Source: an uncultured Gemmatimonadales bacterium (GTDB lineage: Bacteria; Gemmatimonadota; Gemmatimonadetes; Gemmatimonadales; GWC2-71-9). From it: 64,000 nt of DNA. The stretch is from the NCBI GenBank assembly GCA_963728915.1, contig CAVSLV010000002.1:384001-448000 (forward strand), read 5' to 3'. Below, piece after piece: positions 20,006 through 29,631 of the stretch (position 1 is the stretch's first letter; every line of letters starts with the position of its first letter). The notes under the pieces are model-generated. The model had not been told where the DNA came from. It ran no database searches and worked only from the letters and a program-made list of their open reading frames with translations. The translations under genes were made by a program, and so were the position numbers.

Positions 20006-21846
20006 GGCTTCTCCACCAATTCGCGAATGTAGGTCATCGCCTTGGCGTCCTTCCGGCGCATCAGGGCATTGATGGCTTGACGCCGGACACTGGGATCGGT
20101 GCTGGTCTTGGCGATGTCGATGAGCTTGTCGGTCGCCTTGTCGTCGTCGATCCCGGCCAGCTGACCGACGATGGTGTTCCGGAATTCCCGCTCGCTGAGC
20201 GCGTCATAGAGGCGGCCGAGATCCTCGACCGAGAGACTCTTGATCCGGGAGAGCGCCTCCCGGCGCAGGTAGCTGTCTTCGGAGGAGTTCTTGACCAGGT
20301 TGGTGAGCCACTGGTCGTTTGCCGGACCACCGGCTCGTCCCAGCGTCGAGATGATCGTGCTCTTGATGGTACGAGAATCGGTTTTGGGGTAGAGGTTTCG
20401 GAGGAAGGCGGCGTCCTCCTCCTCCAGCGCGTACTCGCTGCCACGCCGCGCCGCGTCTGCATTGGCCGCTGCCGCGGCCATCGGAGTCGAGCCGGACGCG
20501 GTGCGGGTTCCATTCGACCAGGCATAGGTGAAGGAGGAAGCCGAGGCCCCGCCGAGCTGGGAGATCGCCTGGGCTCGCATCCGCTCCGGCAGGTCGGACC
20601 GCTCGATGATCGACCGCAACGCGGCGCGAGAGTCCGGACCGCCCCGGGACCGGAGCGCGGAAAGCACGGCCTGGCGGGTACGCTCCTCTTCCGCCGAATT
20701 GAAGAGCTGGAGCAGCATCTGGCTGTTCACCGACGCGATACTCGAGCGACCCAACTGGGAAATCGCGTCGCTCCGGACGGACGGATCGGGATCGTTCTTT
20801 GCCACCTCGAGCAGATCGTTCACCGACTGCTGAGTGCCGTTGCGCCCGATCAGGTACACCGCCCGGCGGCGCAGGGCCACCGAGCACTCGTCCCGGCGAG
20901 CCAGAACCCGCTTGAGCGCCTCGTTGGCATTCTCGGGGTCCAGCTGGGTCAGCGCGTTCAATGCCTCGGCGCGCACCGACATGTCTTCTTCGTCGCAGGT
21001 CTGCCCCGAGGAAGTGGCGGCCCGGAGGGCTGAAGCGGCGCTTGCATCACCTCGTGCGGCGAGGGCGGCATACACCCGGGTTCGCAGCGCTCCCACGTCG
21101 GGGTCGGCGGCCTCCTCCGGATACTTGTCCTGCATCGCGCGCAGAGACTCCAGGGCGCTGCGGAGATTCTCGGTCGAGCCGGAGCGGTACAGCGCGAAGG
21201 CGCGGTAGTAGGGGGCGATCGGAGCGAATCTGGATTTCGGGTACTTCTGCTCGATGCTCTGGAACAGAGTCGCCGCCCGCCCGTATTCCCCGCGATTCAG
21301 GGCCTCCCGCGCGGAGCGATACAATGAGTCCTCCGGGGTGCCCTGGAGCGGCCGCAGGTTCTCGAATTTGAGGGTCCACGGATCATCCTGGAACCGATCC
21401 AGGACATAGGCCTGTTCCATGGCCTGCCTGGTTGCCTGTTCGGTCAGGCGCTGGATGTCTTCGGTATTGATACGCGCGGCCATCTCCGCCCCGAGCTGAT
21501 CGGCCCGGAGTCGCATCGCGTCGACCTTCCCCATTTCGAGCTGGGAGAGGTTCTCGAGGCGGGGGAGAATATCGAGGGAGGGGAGATTGTCGAGGGAGGG
21601 GAGATTGTCGAGCTCCCTGAGATGGCCGATCCGGAGCCGCACGGCATCGGATTCAAGTTTGGCCCGAAGCTCATCGACGTCGCGGAGGTCCCACTCACTG
21701 GGTGGAATCGGGGTGAGCCTGGGAGCCGGCCGGGGCGAAGGGGCTGGTTTTGGCGGCGGGGCCGGCTGTTGGGCCGTGAGCCCCCCGGTCCCGAGCAGCG
21801 TAAGTGCGACGATCGAGAACATCCGCATAGGTATCCTGCCCATCAT
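20002..21846 (-). CDS. Exported TPR plus HEAT-repeat protein
   Basis: Signal peptide, TPR-like segment (LYRSAREALNRGEY...YPKSRFAP...YYRAFALY) and HEAT units (DPDPSVRSDAI, DPSVRRQAI). Confidence 0.82.
   Translation of the reverse strand: MMGRIPMRMFSIVALTLLGTGGLTAQQPAPPPKPAPSPRPAPRLTPIPPSEWDLRDVDELRAKLESDAVRLRIGHLRELDNLPSLDNLPSLDILPRLENLSQLEMGKVDAMRLRADQLGAEMAARINTEDIQRLTEQATRQAMEQAYVLDRFQDDPWTLKFENLRPLQGTPEDSLYRSAREALNRGEYGRAATLFQSIEQKYPKSRFAPIAPYYRAFALYRSGSTENLRSALESLRAMQDKYPEEAADPDVGALRTRVYAALAARGDASAASALRAATSSGQTCDEEDMSVRAEALNALTQLDPENANEALKRVLARRDECSVALRRRAVYLIGRNGTQQSVNDLLEVAKNDPDPSVRSDAISQLGRSSIASVNSQMLLQLFNSAEEERTRQAVLSALRSRGGPDSRAALRSIIERSDLPERMRAQAISQLGGASASSFTYAWSNGTRTASGSTPMAAAAANADAARRGSEYALEEEDAAFLRNLYPKTDSRTIKSTIISTLGRAGGPANDQWLTNLVKNSSEDSYLRREALSRIKSLSVEDLGRLYDALSEREFRNTIVGQLAGIDDDKATDKLIDIAKTSTDPSVRRQAINALMRRKDAKAMTYIRELVEKP
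21555..21608 (-). repeat. 18-bp tandem repeat encoding LDNLPS units
   Basis: CGAGGGAGGGGAGATTGT exact x2 (21573-21608) plus one degenerate copy. Confidence 0.8.
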
Positions 21847-22463
21847 GGTTCAGAGGTGAGGTTTTCGGCGAGCATGACCCGCAGCCGCGGGAGCACCTCG
21901 CGTTGGTCGAGTGCCTGGTCGATCAGATAGACATCGGGTGCGTCCGCACGGGTCGGCAAGCGAACGATCTGGGCGAGCACCAGCTCCAGGTCGTCCAGCA
22001 GGTTCCGGAGATGCGGGTCGTTGATATCGGGGGAATCGAGCAGCAGCCGAGTGGTCGCCAGCAGGTCGCGGGCTCGCTCGTTGGTTCCTTCGAGCGGGTG
22101 ACCCTTGCGGGACTCGTCGGTGAGATTGACCAGCAGGGCGGTCACCCGCTCGAGGTAGTTGGTGGCAACTCCCACGAACGCGGGCTGGTCCGCCGCTCGC
22201 TGGCCAAGAGCCGCCACCTGTTCGGCGGGGATGACGGGTCGGGAGGATTGCAACAGATTCGGCACAATCTGTCCGATGCCGAAACCCAGGATGAGGGTTG
22301 CCGCGAGCGGCAAAAGCGACCGGGTCCAGTGGTGCGAGCGAACGGCCGGGCCGAATGCCCGGGCCTCGATGGTCTCCCACATTTCGGCCATGGGAGGCTC
22401 CGGGGGAACCCGCCAGGTGTCCTTGAGCTCCGCGAGCTGTTCCTGCAGTTCCTTCTCGTCCAT
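21843..22463 (-). CDS. Putative single-TM anti-sigma factor
   Basis: Short cytoplasmic N-terminus with 'MWETIEAR', one TM, directly downstream of an ECF sigma. Confidence 0.65.
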   Translation of the reverse strand: MDEKELQEQLAELKDTWRVPPEPPMAEMWETIEARAFGPAVRSHHWTRSLLPLAATLILGFGIGQIVPNLLQSSRPVIPAEQVAALGQRAADQPAFVGVATNYLERVTALLVNLTDESRKGHPLEGTNERARDLLATTRLLLDSPDINDPHLRNLLDDLELVLAQIVRLPTRADAPDVYLIDQALDQREVLPRLRVMLAENLTSEP

Positions 22464-22477
22464 CGATGCGTTCCTCG

Positions 22478-23014
22478 CTACAGGTCCCGCCCGATTCCGG
22501 CGAGCGCTTCGCGAAGTCGCGTGCGCCCTTCCGCCAGCCGGGCCTTACTGGTGCCCTCGGGGATCCCCAGGGTCTCGGCAATCTCCCGATGGGTAAATCC
22601 TTCGACGTCGTGCATCACGACCGGCACCCTGAGACGAATCGGCAACCGCTCGAGCTCGATCCGCAACCGATCGCGGAGATGCGGATCGCCGGTGGAGGCC
22701 GGCGCCGGGTGACTCTCGGCGAACGTCAGCTCCCGTTCCCGACTGCGCAGCCGTTTGACCTTCCGAAGTCCGGTGAACAGCATGGACATCGCCACCGCAT
22801 GCAGCCAGGTCGTAAAGGCCGCCTCTCCCCGGAACTGGTCGAGCCGCTGGAACACCCGAACGAACGTGTCCTGGGTGTATTCCCGCGCCATTTCTTCATC
22901 CCCCACGGTTCGATACAGCAGCCGATAGACTCGTGGCGCATGCCGCTCGTAGAGCCGATGGGCTGCCATCCGGTCCCCCGCGCGGGCACCGGCGATCAGT
23001 TCAAGGTCATTCAC
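22478..23014 (-). CDS. ECF RNA polymerase sigma factor
   Basis: Region 2 (TQDTFVRVF...FRGEAAFTTWL) and region 4 (EGFTHREIAETLGIPEGTSKARL). Confidence 0.95.
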   Translation of the reverse strand: MNDLELIAGARAGDRMAAHRLYERHAPRVYRLLYRTVGDEEMAREYTQDTFVRVFQRLDQFRGEAAFTTWLHAVAMSMLFTGLRKVKRLRSRERELTFAESHPAPASTGDPHLRDRLRIELERLPIRLRVPVVMHDVEGFTHREIAETLGIPEGTSKARLAEGRTRLREALAGIGRDL

Positions 23015-23065
23015 TACACCGTCCCTGGCGGCCGTCCTGGGGATCCCCGGGCTTCGGAAGAGTGG

Positions 23066-23089
23066 GACGCCGCATTGGCGAAATCGGTT
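23066..23089 (-). promoter_or_regulatory. Putative ECF-dependent autoregulatory promoter
   Basis: Minus strand AAC-N17-CGTC about 50 nt upstream of the sigma start, matching the general ECF AAC/CGT pattern. Confidence 0.5.
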
Positions 23090-23119
23090 GGCAATTCGGA
23101 GATCTCGCAGGCGATAACT

Positions 23120-23143
23120 TAGTAGTTGTAATACAAACTACTA
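23120..23143. repeat. TAGTAGTT-N8-AACTACTA palindrome (motif family copy 3)
   Basis: TAGTAGTTGTAATACAAACTACTA, overlapping the rnd stop codon. Confidence 0.8.
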
Positions 23144-24262
23144 TAGACTTGAAAGGAGTCGCTCACCCAGAAGCTCGGTTTGCCACTTCCTGATCCCCGG
23201 AACCTCACCCAAGGTCGCCGAGTCCGACGGTACCGCCCGAGCGATGGCCTCGAGGAGCCAGTTGGGAGCGACGATCCCTGGCGGGAGGTCGAGTCGAACC
23301 GCCTCCTCGGACCGCACCTGCTTGAGCCTTTCCAGGCGAACCTCGAACCCGGGGTCCGGTCTATGTCTGGGTTGTCTCGGGTACCTGGGAAGCTTGGGAT
23401 CCGGCAGGTCTTTTCCGCGCTCGATCGCGGCGAGAATCGGGTCAGCCTGGCGCTCGCGGATCCCGCGACCGAGCCCGCGCACCGCCCCGAGCGCCTTGAC
23501 GTTGGCCGGAGGGTGTCGCGCCATGTCGAACAGGGATTCGTTCCCCGCAATTCGGAACGGCGCCCGATCGAGCGATCGGGCCACTCCATCTCGCCAGAGG
23601 TAGAGCTCCCGGAACACGGCGAGCTCCCTCGGTGACAGGCGCCGGGCGCCTTTCACCTCGAGCGCCGCGACCTCGGGAGGATCGGGGTCCCGCCACCTGA
23701 CCTTGGTCAGCGCTTCGAACTCCTCCTCGGCCCAGGCGAGCCTCCCCGCGGTGCGCAGCCGCTCTCGAAGCAGGTCTCGCAGCTCGGGCAGATAGCGCGT
23801 GTCGGTTGCGGCATACTCGAGCATCTCGGCGGACAGCGGCCGGGCCGACCAGTCGGCGCGCTGGTATTTCTTGTCGAGCGCGATGTGGAAGTACTTCTCG
23901 AGCAGCGCGGCCAGGCCGATAGCGCTCTCGTTGAGAAGCTGGGCCGCTACCCGGGTATCGAAGATCCGGCCGGCACGATACCCGAACTCGCGGGCCAGGA
24001 GGCGGAGGTCGTAGTCGGCGTCATGAAAAACAACTTCGATCCCGGGATCGAGCAGGAGCCGGTCGAACCCGGGTAACCCATCAACCGCAAGTGGATCGAC
24101 GATCCAGGTCCCGGTCCGGCTGGAAAGCTGGAGCAGGTAGACCCGGTCCTGATAGCGATGGAAGCTCGCCGCCTCGGTATCGGCAGCGAGGAGAACCTCG
24201 TGGCTCAGCTGTTCAGTCAGTCTGGCGAAATCGGCCGGCGTGACCACGAGCTCCGCGCTCAT
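23141..24262 (-). CDS. rnd: Ribonuclease D (3'-5' exonuclease plus HRDC domains)
   Basis: ADTEA, FHDADYD, FDTRVAA, DWSARPL and YAATD; C-terminal HRDC. Confidence 0.92.
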   Translation of the reverse strand: MSAELVVTPADFARLTEQLSHEVLLAADTEAASFHRYQDRVYLLQLSSRTGTWIVDPLAVDGLPGFDRLLLDPGIEVVFHDADYDLRLLAREFGYRAGRIFDTRVAAQLLNESAIGLAALLEKYFHIALDKKYQRADWSARPLSAEMLEYAATDTRYLPELRDLLRERLRTAGRLAWAEEEFEALTKVRWRDPDPPEVAALEVKGARRLSPRELAVFRELYLWRDGVARSLDRAPFRIAGNESLFDMARHPPANVKALGAVRGLGRGIRERQADPILAAIERGKDLPDPKLPRYPRQPRHRPDPGFEVRLERLKQVRSEEAVRLDLPPGIVAPNWLLEAIARAVPSDSATLGEVPGIRKWQTELLGERLLSSL

Positions 24263-24308
24263 CGTTCAAAGGTAGCGGGGCCTCCGTGGTCGGCCGTAGC
24301 TTACCTGC

Positions 24309-25514
24309 ATGCGCCCGAACGAAGTCGAGCAGGTCGTCTACCCCGACGATTGCGACGCGTTCGGCCACCTGAATCAGGCGGCCTTCCTTCGGATCTTCGA
24401 GCGAGCTCGCTGGGATGTCCTGGCCAAGGGCCCCGGGATGGACGTCTTCAGCCGCACCGGAACCTGGCCGGCGGTTCGAAAGACCGTCATCGACTATCTG
24501 GCGCCCGCCTTTGCCGGAGAGCTGCTCCGGGTCCAGCAGTCCGTCGTTCATCTGGGAAAGACCAGCTTCACCATGCGACAGACGGCTCGCCGCTCCGGCG
24601 ATGACGCCCTCATCGCCACGGCCGAGTTCGTCTTCGTGTGCATCGACCGGGAAGGACGACCGGTGGCGGTGCCCGGGGAGGTTGGCGATTTCTTCCAGGC
24701 CCGGCCGAGCGGGGAACCGATGGACCGGATGTCGGTGAATGGGGTCCAGCTCGCGCTCGAGCAACGAGGAGGCGGAACCGGTCCGGCCGTCCTCTTCATC
24801 CACGCCTTCCCGCTCGACCGCACGGTGTGGGAACATCAGTTGGACAGTCTCACCGGGTTTCACCGGATCGCGCCCGATCTTCGGGGGATGGGAATGTCGG
24901 ATGCCCCGGATCTTGGCTACTCCATGAATACCTATGCCGAGGATCTGGTCGGCATTCTCGATGCGTTGGGGATCTCCAGGGTCGTGCTCTGCGGCCTCTC
25001 CCTTGGCGGCTACATCGCGTTCGAGTTCCTCCGCCGGTTCCGCGAGCGGGTCCGGGGACTCGTCCTGGCAGACACCCGGGCCGAAGCCGATAGCGTCGAA
25101 GGCCGAAAGGCACGGGAGGGACTGATCGCGCGGATCCGGGAACAGGGGGCCATCGCCGCGGCGGAAGCCATGCTGCCGAGGTTCTTCACGCCTCAGGTTT
25201 CGCCCGAAATCATCGAGCGGATCCGCAACTCGATCCTGCGGACTCCCGTGGCCGGATTGGTGGGGGCCTTGTCAGCGATGCGGGACCGCCCCGACAGCAC
25301 CTCGCTCCTCCCCACGCTCACCGGGATCCCTACGCTGGTACTGGTGGGAGCGGAAGACATGATTACCCCGCCCTCGATCGCTCAGTCGATGGCGGCGGCG
25401 ATTCCAGGAGCGCGGCTCATGGAGATTCCGGGGGCTGGACACCTTCCCTGCGTGGAGCAGCCGGTCCCGACCACCCGCGCCATTCTCAAATTCCTTCAGG
25501 GGCTCTCGGCCTGA
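24309..25514 (+). CDS. Acyl-CoA thioesterase (hotdog) fused to an alpha/beta hydrolase
   Basis: DCDAFGHLN...FERAR (4HBT/YbgC-like) N-terminus; HAFP, GLSLGG, GAED and GH catalytic triad motifs in the C-terminal domain. Confidence 0.85.
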   Translation: MRPNEVEQVVYPDDCDAFGHLNQAAFLRIFERARWDVLAKGPGMDVFSRTGTWPAVRKTVIDYLAPAFAGELLRVQQSVVHLGKTSFTMRQTARRSGDDALIATAEFVFVCIDREGRPVAVPGEVGDFFQARPSGEPMDRMSVNGVQLALEQRGGGTGPAVLFIHAFPLDRTVWEHQLDSLTGFHRIAPDLRGMGMSDAPDLGYSMNTYAEDLVGILDALGISRVVLCGLSLGGYIAFEFLRRFRERVRGLVLADTRAEADSVEGRKAREGLIARIREQGAIAAAEAMLPRFFTPQVSPEIIERIRNSILRTPVAGLVGALSAMRDRPDSTSLLPTLTGIPTLVLVGAEDMITPPSIAQSMAAAIPGARLMEIPGAGHLPCVEQPVPTTRAILKFLQGLSA

Positions 25515-25515
25515 G

Positions 25516-25779
25516 TTATTTCCGCGGCCTTCCCGGCGGGGCGTCGGAGTTGAAGATCTCGCGATTCTTCTCGATGAACTGCTGAAGATTCTGGGGGACG
25601 TCTTCCTCGGGGAAGATGGCGGTGACCGGACACTCCGGCTCGCATGCCCCGCAATCGATGCACTCGTCGGGGTGGATGTAGAGCATGTCGTCGCCTTCGT
25701 AGATGCAATCCACCGGGCAGACGTCGACACAAGATCGATCCTTGACACCGATGCAGGCTTCGGTGATCACATACGTCAT
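25516..25779 (-). CDS. Ferredoxin (7Fe-type dicluster)
   Basis: [17 protein letters not shown] and [12 protein letters not shown]. Confidence 0.95.
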   Translation of the reverse strand: MTYVITEACIGVKDRSCVDVCPVDCIYEGDDMLYIHPDECIDCGACEPECPVTAIFPEEDVPQNLQQFIEKNREIFNSDAPPGRPRK

Positions 25780-25899
25780 TCCTGCTCCTCAAGGAATTCG
25801 GTTGAGAGGGGATGGCCCACCGCTGGGGACAGAATTAAGGGCGACACACGTCCTCCGCAAGAGGGATTGGACGGCGGCCATGTCTCGGGCAGGGGTGAA

Positions 25900-26577
25900 C
25901 TAGGAAAGGTTCTTCCGAAGGAAGGTCAGGGTTCGCTCCCAGGCCTGGGCTGCGGCTTCCTTATTGAATACCGTCGGGCGGGTGTCATTGAAGAAGGCGT
26001 GGTCCGCATCGTAGAAATGGGCTTCGATGCTGCCGCCCGCCGCCTGCGTCTTCTTGACGAAAGCGCGGGCATCCTTCTCCTTCACCGAGTTGTCCCGCTT
26101 TGCGAAATGGCATTGAATCGGGACCCGGAGTCGAGCCGGGTCGATTCGGACGTTGGGATGCACCCCGTAAAAGTCGACGGCCGCCCCGATTCGATCGGAA
26201 TACTCCGCGGCGGCGTACAGGGCGAGCTGGCCTCCCATGCAGAAGCCGAGCACCCCGACTCGCTCCGATGCGACCTCGGGTCGTTCCAACAATGCCCCGG
26301 CCGCGCCGGAGAGATCCGCCCCGGCCTTTGCGATGTTGAGCGCCATGAACAGCTTGCCGGCTTCGTCCGGACTTCGCGTGGCCTTGCCATCGTAGAGATC
26401 GGGGGCCAGGGCGACGAACCCTTCGGCGGCGAAGCGCTCGCACACGTTCTTGATGTGGTCCACCAGACCCCACCACTCCTGAATGACGACCAGACCAGGA
26501 CCTCGGCCCCCGGACGGGACGGCCAGATACCCGAGTGCGGTCCGGCCATCCGCCCGAAACTCGATGGACTCGCCCAT
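25900..26577 (-). CDS. Dienelactone hydrolase family protein
   Basis: QEWWGL, APDLY, GFCMGG and HAFFN. Confidence 0.92.
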   Translation of the reverse strand: MGESIEFRADGRTALGYLAVPSGGRGPGLVVIQEWWGLVDHIKNVCERFAAEGFVALAPDLYDGKATRSPDEAGKLFMALNIAKAGADLSGAAGALLERPEVASERVGVLGFCMGGQLALYAAAEYSDRIGAAVDFYGVHPNVRIDPARLRVPIQCHFAKRDNSVKEKDARAFVKKTQAAGGSIEAHFYDADHAFFNDTRPTVFNKEAAAQAWERTLTFLRKNLS

Positions 26578-26588
26578 GGCCGGGCCGG

Positions 26589-27161
26589 TTAGAGAAGAGC
26601 CGAGAGCGGCGAAGGAATGTGTTCGCATCGGAGCTCCGGTTCGCCGTAACGGTCGGACCCGGTATAGAGGCGATTCCATTCCTCACGCAGGCAGAAGGGA
26701 TCCGACCCACAGGCGCGATCCACCGCCAGGACCCCGTCCAAGTGGTCGATCTCGTGCTGCAACAGCTCGGCACGATCGCCGGAGAGCTCAACCTCGTGGG
26801 AATCACCCCGAAGGTCCTGGTAGGCGACCCGGATGTGGTAGGCCCGCTGGACCCGGACCAGCAGGTTGGGAAACGAGAAGCAATCATCCCAGACGGTGAA
26901 ATCCTCGGTTCCGATATCGAGGATCTCCGGATTGATCAAGGTCCACGGCCGATCCATCTCGATATGGACGATGCGAACCGGAGCCCCGATCTGAGGAGCT
27001 GCGATCCCGCGACCGGAGCCGAATCGGGACTGCCAGTCCCGCAAAGTTTCTCGCAGATCATCGACGATGATGCGGACCGCGGTGGATTTTGGGGCAGTAA
27101 TCTGCTCGCACCGGGTTCGGAGGACCGGGTCGCCCAGGAGCCGGATTCGATGGATGGCCAT
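26589..27161 (-). CDS. def: Peptide deformylase (divergent motif 2)
   Basis: GDPVLR, GRGIAAPQIG, DDCFS (instead of EGCLS) and QHEIDHLDG. Confidence 0.88.
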   Translation of the reverse strand: MAIHRIRLLGDPVLRTRCEQITAPKSTAVRIIVDDLRETLRDWQSRFGSGRGIAAPQIGAPVRIVHIEMDRPWTLINPEILDIGTEDFTVWDDCFSFPNLLVRVQRAYHIRVAYQDLRGDSHEVELSGDRAELLQHEIDHLDGVLAVDRACGSDPFCLREEWNRLYTGSDRYGEPELRCEHIPSPLSALL

Positions 27162-27222
27162 GACGGCTAATCTCCCGCTTGGGGGGCAAAGGTCAAGAGT
27201 GGGGGTCAGATGTGGGCCACCA

Positions 27223-27247
27223 ATTAGTAGTATTAATCACTACTAAT
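27223..27247. repeat. ATTAGTAGT-N7-ACTACTAAT palindrome (motif family copy 4)
   Basis: Perfect 9-bp inverted repeat in an AT-rich island between the divergent def and sufB genes. Confidence 0.85.
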
Positions 27248-27366
27248 AATATCATGAACACTTCTGGCGAGTCCTTTGCTACTCGAATAGGACACCTTGG
27301 CCGAGTTGGTCCCTGACCCCTGCACTGCCGCGCCATAAACCCTTGTCTCCCAATGACCTCCGCGCT

Positions 27367-27396
27367 TTGACAATCCCGACAATTGTATTAGGATTG
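27367..27396 (+). promoter_or_regulatory. suf operon promoter with overlapping dyad (possible Rrf2/IscR-like operator)
   Basis: TTGACA (27367-72), 16 bp, TAGGAT (27389-94); CAATCC...GGATTG inverted repeat spanning the promoter. Confidence 0.6.
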
Positions 27397-27400
27397 GGGA

Positions 27401-28834
27401 ATGAGCGAACCCGTCGAAACCCTCGTCAACCGCGAGTACAAGTGGGGCTTCATCACCGATATCGAAGCCGATACTGTCCCGCGGGGATTGAACGAGGACA
27501 CCATTCGTCTGATCTCGGCAAAGAAGCGCGAGCCTGCGTTCATGCTGGATTGGAGGCTTAAGGCTTACCGGGGTTGGCTCAAGATGACTGAGCCCCACTG
27601 GCCCAACGTGGTATACCCCTCGATCGATTATCAGGACATCATCTATTACGCGGCCCCGAAAACGGCCAAGCCGCTGGGCTCGCTCGAGGAAGCCGATCCG
27701 AAACTCCTCGAGACCTATCAGAAGCTGGGAATTCCGCTCACCGAGCAGAAGCTCCTGGCCGGCGTGGCGGTGGACGCGATCTTCGATTCGGTCTCGGTCG
27801 GGACTTCCTACAAGAAGCAGCTCGCCGAGATGGGCATCGTGTTCTGCTCTTTTTCGGAGGCGGTCCTGGAACATCCCGAGCTGGTTCAGAAATACCTGGG
27901 CTCGGTGGTGCCCGCGAGCGACAACTTCTTCGCCGCGCTCAACTCCGCGGTTTTCAGCGACGGCTCCTTCGTCTACGTCCCGAAGGGCGTTCGCTGTCCG
28001 ATGGATCTCTCGACGTACTTCCGGATGAACGCCCAGAACACCGGCCAGTTCGAGCGGACCCTCATCATCGCCGACGAAGGCGCCTGGGTGAGTTATCTGG
28101 AGGGTTGCACCGCTCCCAAGCGGGACGAGAACCAGCTCCATGCGGCGGTGGTCGAGCTGGTGGCGCTGGACGGCGCGACGATCAAGTACTCCACCGTGCA
28201 GAACTGGTATGCGGGTGATGAGCAGGGCAAGGGTGGCATCTACAATTTTGTGACCAAGCGAGGCAAGGCCCTTCGGGGCGCCAAAATCTCCTGGACCCAG
28301 GTGGAAACCGGGTCATCCATCACCTGGAAGTATCCGAGCGTGATCCTCCAGGGTGACGATGCAGTCGGCGAGTTCTACTCGGTGGCGGTCTGCAACGGAA
28401 AGCAGCAGGCCGATACCGGCACCAAGATGATGCACCTCGGCCGGAACACCCGGAGCACGATCGTGTCGAAAGGCATCAGCGCCGGGCAGGGCAACAACAG
28501 CTACCGGGGACTGGTCAAGGTTGTTCCCCGAGCCGCGAACGCCCGGAACTACACCCAGTGCGACTCGATGCTGATCGGGAACCGCTGTGCCGCGAACACC
28601 TTCCCCTACATCGATGTGCAGAACCCCACCGCCTCGGTGGAGCACGAGGCCAGCACCTCCAAGATCGGGGAAGACCAGATCTTCTACTGCAAGCAGCGCG
28701 GGCTCAACACCGAGAACGCCATCTCGATGATCGTCAACGGCTTCTGCAAGGAGGTCTTCAAGAAGCTGCCGATGGAGTTCGCGGTGGAGGCGCAGAAGCT
28801 GCTCGGCATCTCGCTGGAGGGCAGCGTCGGCTGA
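27401..28834 (+). CDS. sufB: Fe-S cluster assembly protein SufB
   Basis: [30 protein letters not shown] and EHEASTSKI. Confidence 0.98.
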   Translation: MSEPVETLVNREYKWGFITDIEADTVPRGLNEDTIRLISAKKREPAFMLDWRLKAYRGWLKMTEPHWPNVVYPSIDYQDIIYYAAPKTAKPLGSLEEADPKLLETYQKLGIPLTEQKLLAGVAVDAIFDSVSVGTSYKKQLAEMGIVFCSFSEAVLEHPELVQKYLGSVVPASDNFFAALNSAVFSDGSFVYVPKGVRCPMDLSTYFRMNAQNTGQFERTLIIADEGAWVSYLEGCTAPKRDENQLHAAVVELVALDGATIKYSTVQNWYAGDEQGKGGIYNFVTKRGKALRGAKISWTQVETGSSITWKYPSVILQGDDAVGEFYSVAVCNGKQQADTGTKMMHLGRNTRSTIVSKGISAGQGNNSYRGLVKVVPRAANARNYTQCDSMLIGNRCAANTFPYIDVQNPTASVEHEASTSKIGEDQIFYCKQRGLNTENAISMIVNGFCKEVFKKLPMEFAVEAQKLLGISLEGSVG

Positions 28835-28863
28835 CCCCGGCAATACCTACGGAGCGAAACGAC

Positions 28864-29631
28864 GTGCTCGACATTCACGGACTGAGAGCCGCAGCCGGCG
28901 AGAAGGAAATCCTCAAAGGCATCGACCTCACGGTCCACGCCGGCGAGGTCCACGCCATCATGGGGCCCAACGGGTCCGGCAAGAGCACCCTGGCCCAGGT
29001 GCTGGCGGGACACCCGGCCTACACGGTCACCGGGGGCAGCGTCAGCTTCCTGGGCCAGGACCTCCTCGACATGGAACCGGAGGAGCGGGCTCAGGCCGGG
29101 GTCTTCCTCGCTTTCCAGTATCCGGTGGAGATCCCCGGCGTCACCAATGCCTATTTCCTGCGAGCCGCCTACAACGCGATCCGGAAGGCCCACGGCGAGG
29201 AAGAGCTGGATCCGATCGACTTCATCGATCTGCTGGAAAGCAAGCTCAAACTGGTAGGATGGTCCGCCGAGATCATGCAGCGGGCGGTGAATAGCGGGTT
29301 CTCGGGTGGGGAGAAGAAGCGGAACGAGATCCTCCAGATGGCGGTGCTCGAGCCCCGGCTTGCGATCCTGGACGAGACCGATTCCGGCCTGGATATCGAT
29401 GCGCTGCGGATCGTGGCCGACGGCGTCAATGCCCTGCGCGCTCCCGACCGGGCCACCATCGTGGTGACCCACTATCAGCGGCTGCTCAACTTCATCATTC
29501 CCGATTTCGTGCACGTGCTGGTGGACGGGCGCATTGCGAAATCCGGAGGCAAGGAGCTGGCTCTCGAGCTCGAGGCGAAAGGCTACGAATGGCTGACCGG
29601 GATACCGGAGCCGGCGTCCGCCCGGTCGTGA
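28864..29631 (+). CDS. sufC: Fe-S cluster assembly ATPase SufC
   Basis: MGPNGSGKST, FQYPVEIPGV, FSGGEKKRNEI and DETDSGLDIDAL; GTG start. Confidence 0.98.
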   Translation: MLDIHGLRAAAGEKEILKGIDLTVHAGEVHAIMGPNGSGKSTLAQVLAGHPAYTVTGGSVSFLGQDLLDMEPEERAQAGVFLAFQYPVEIPGVTNAYFLRAAYNAIRKAHGEEELDPIDFIDLLESKLKLVGWSAEIMQRAVNSGFSGGEKKRNEILQMAVLEPRLAILDETDSGLDIDALRIVADGVNALRAPDRATIVVTHYQRLLNFIIPDFVHVLVDGRIAKSGGKELALELEAKGYEWLTGIPEPASARS

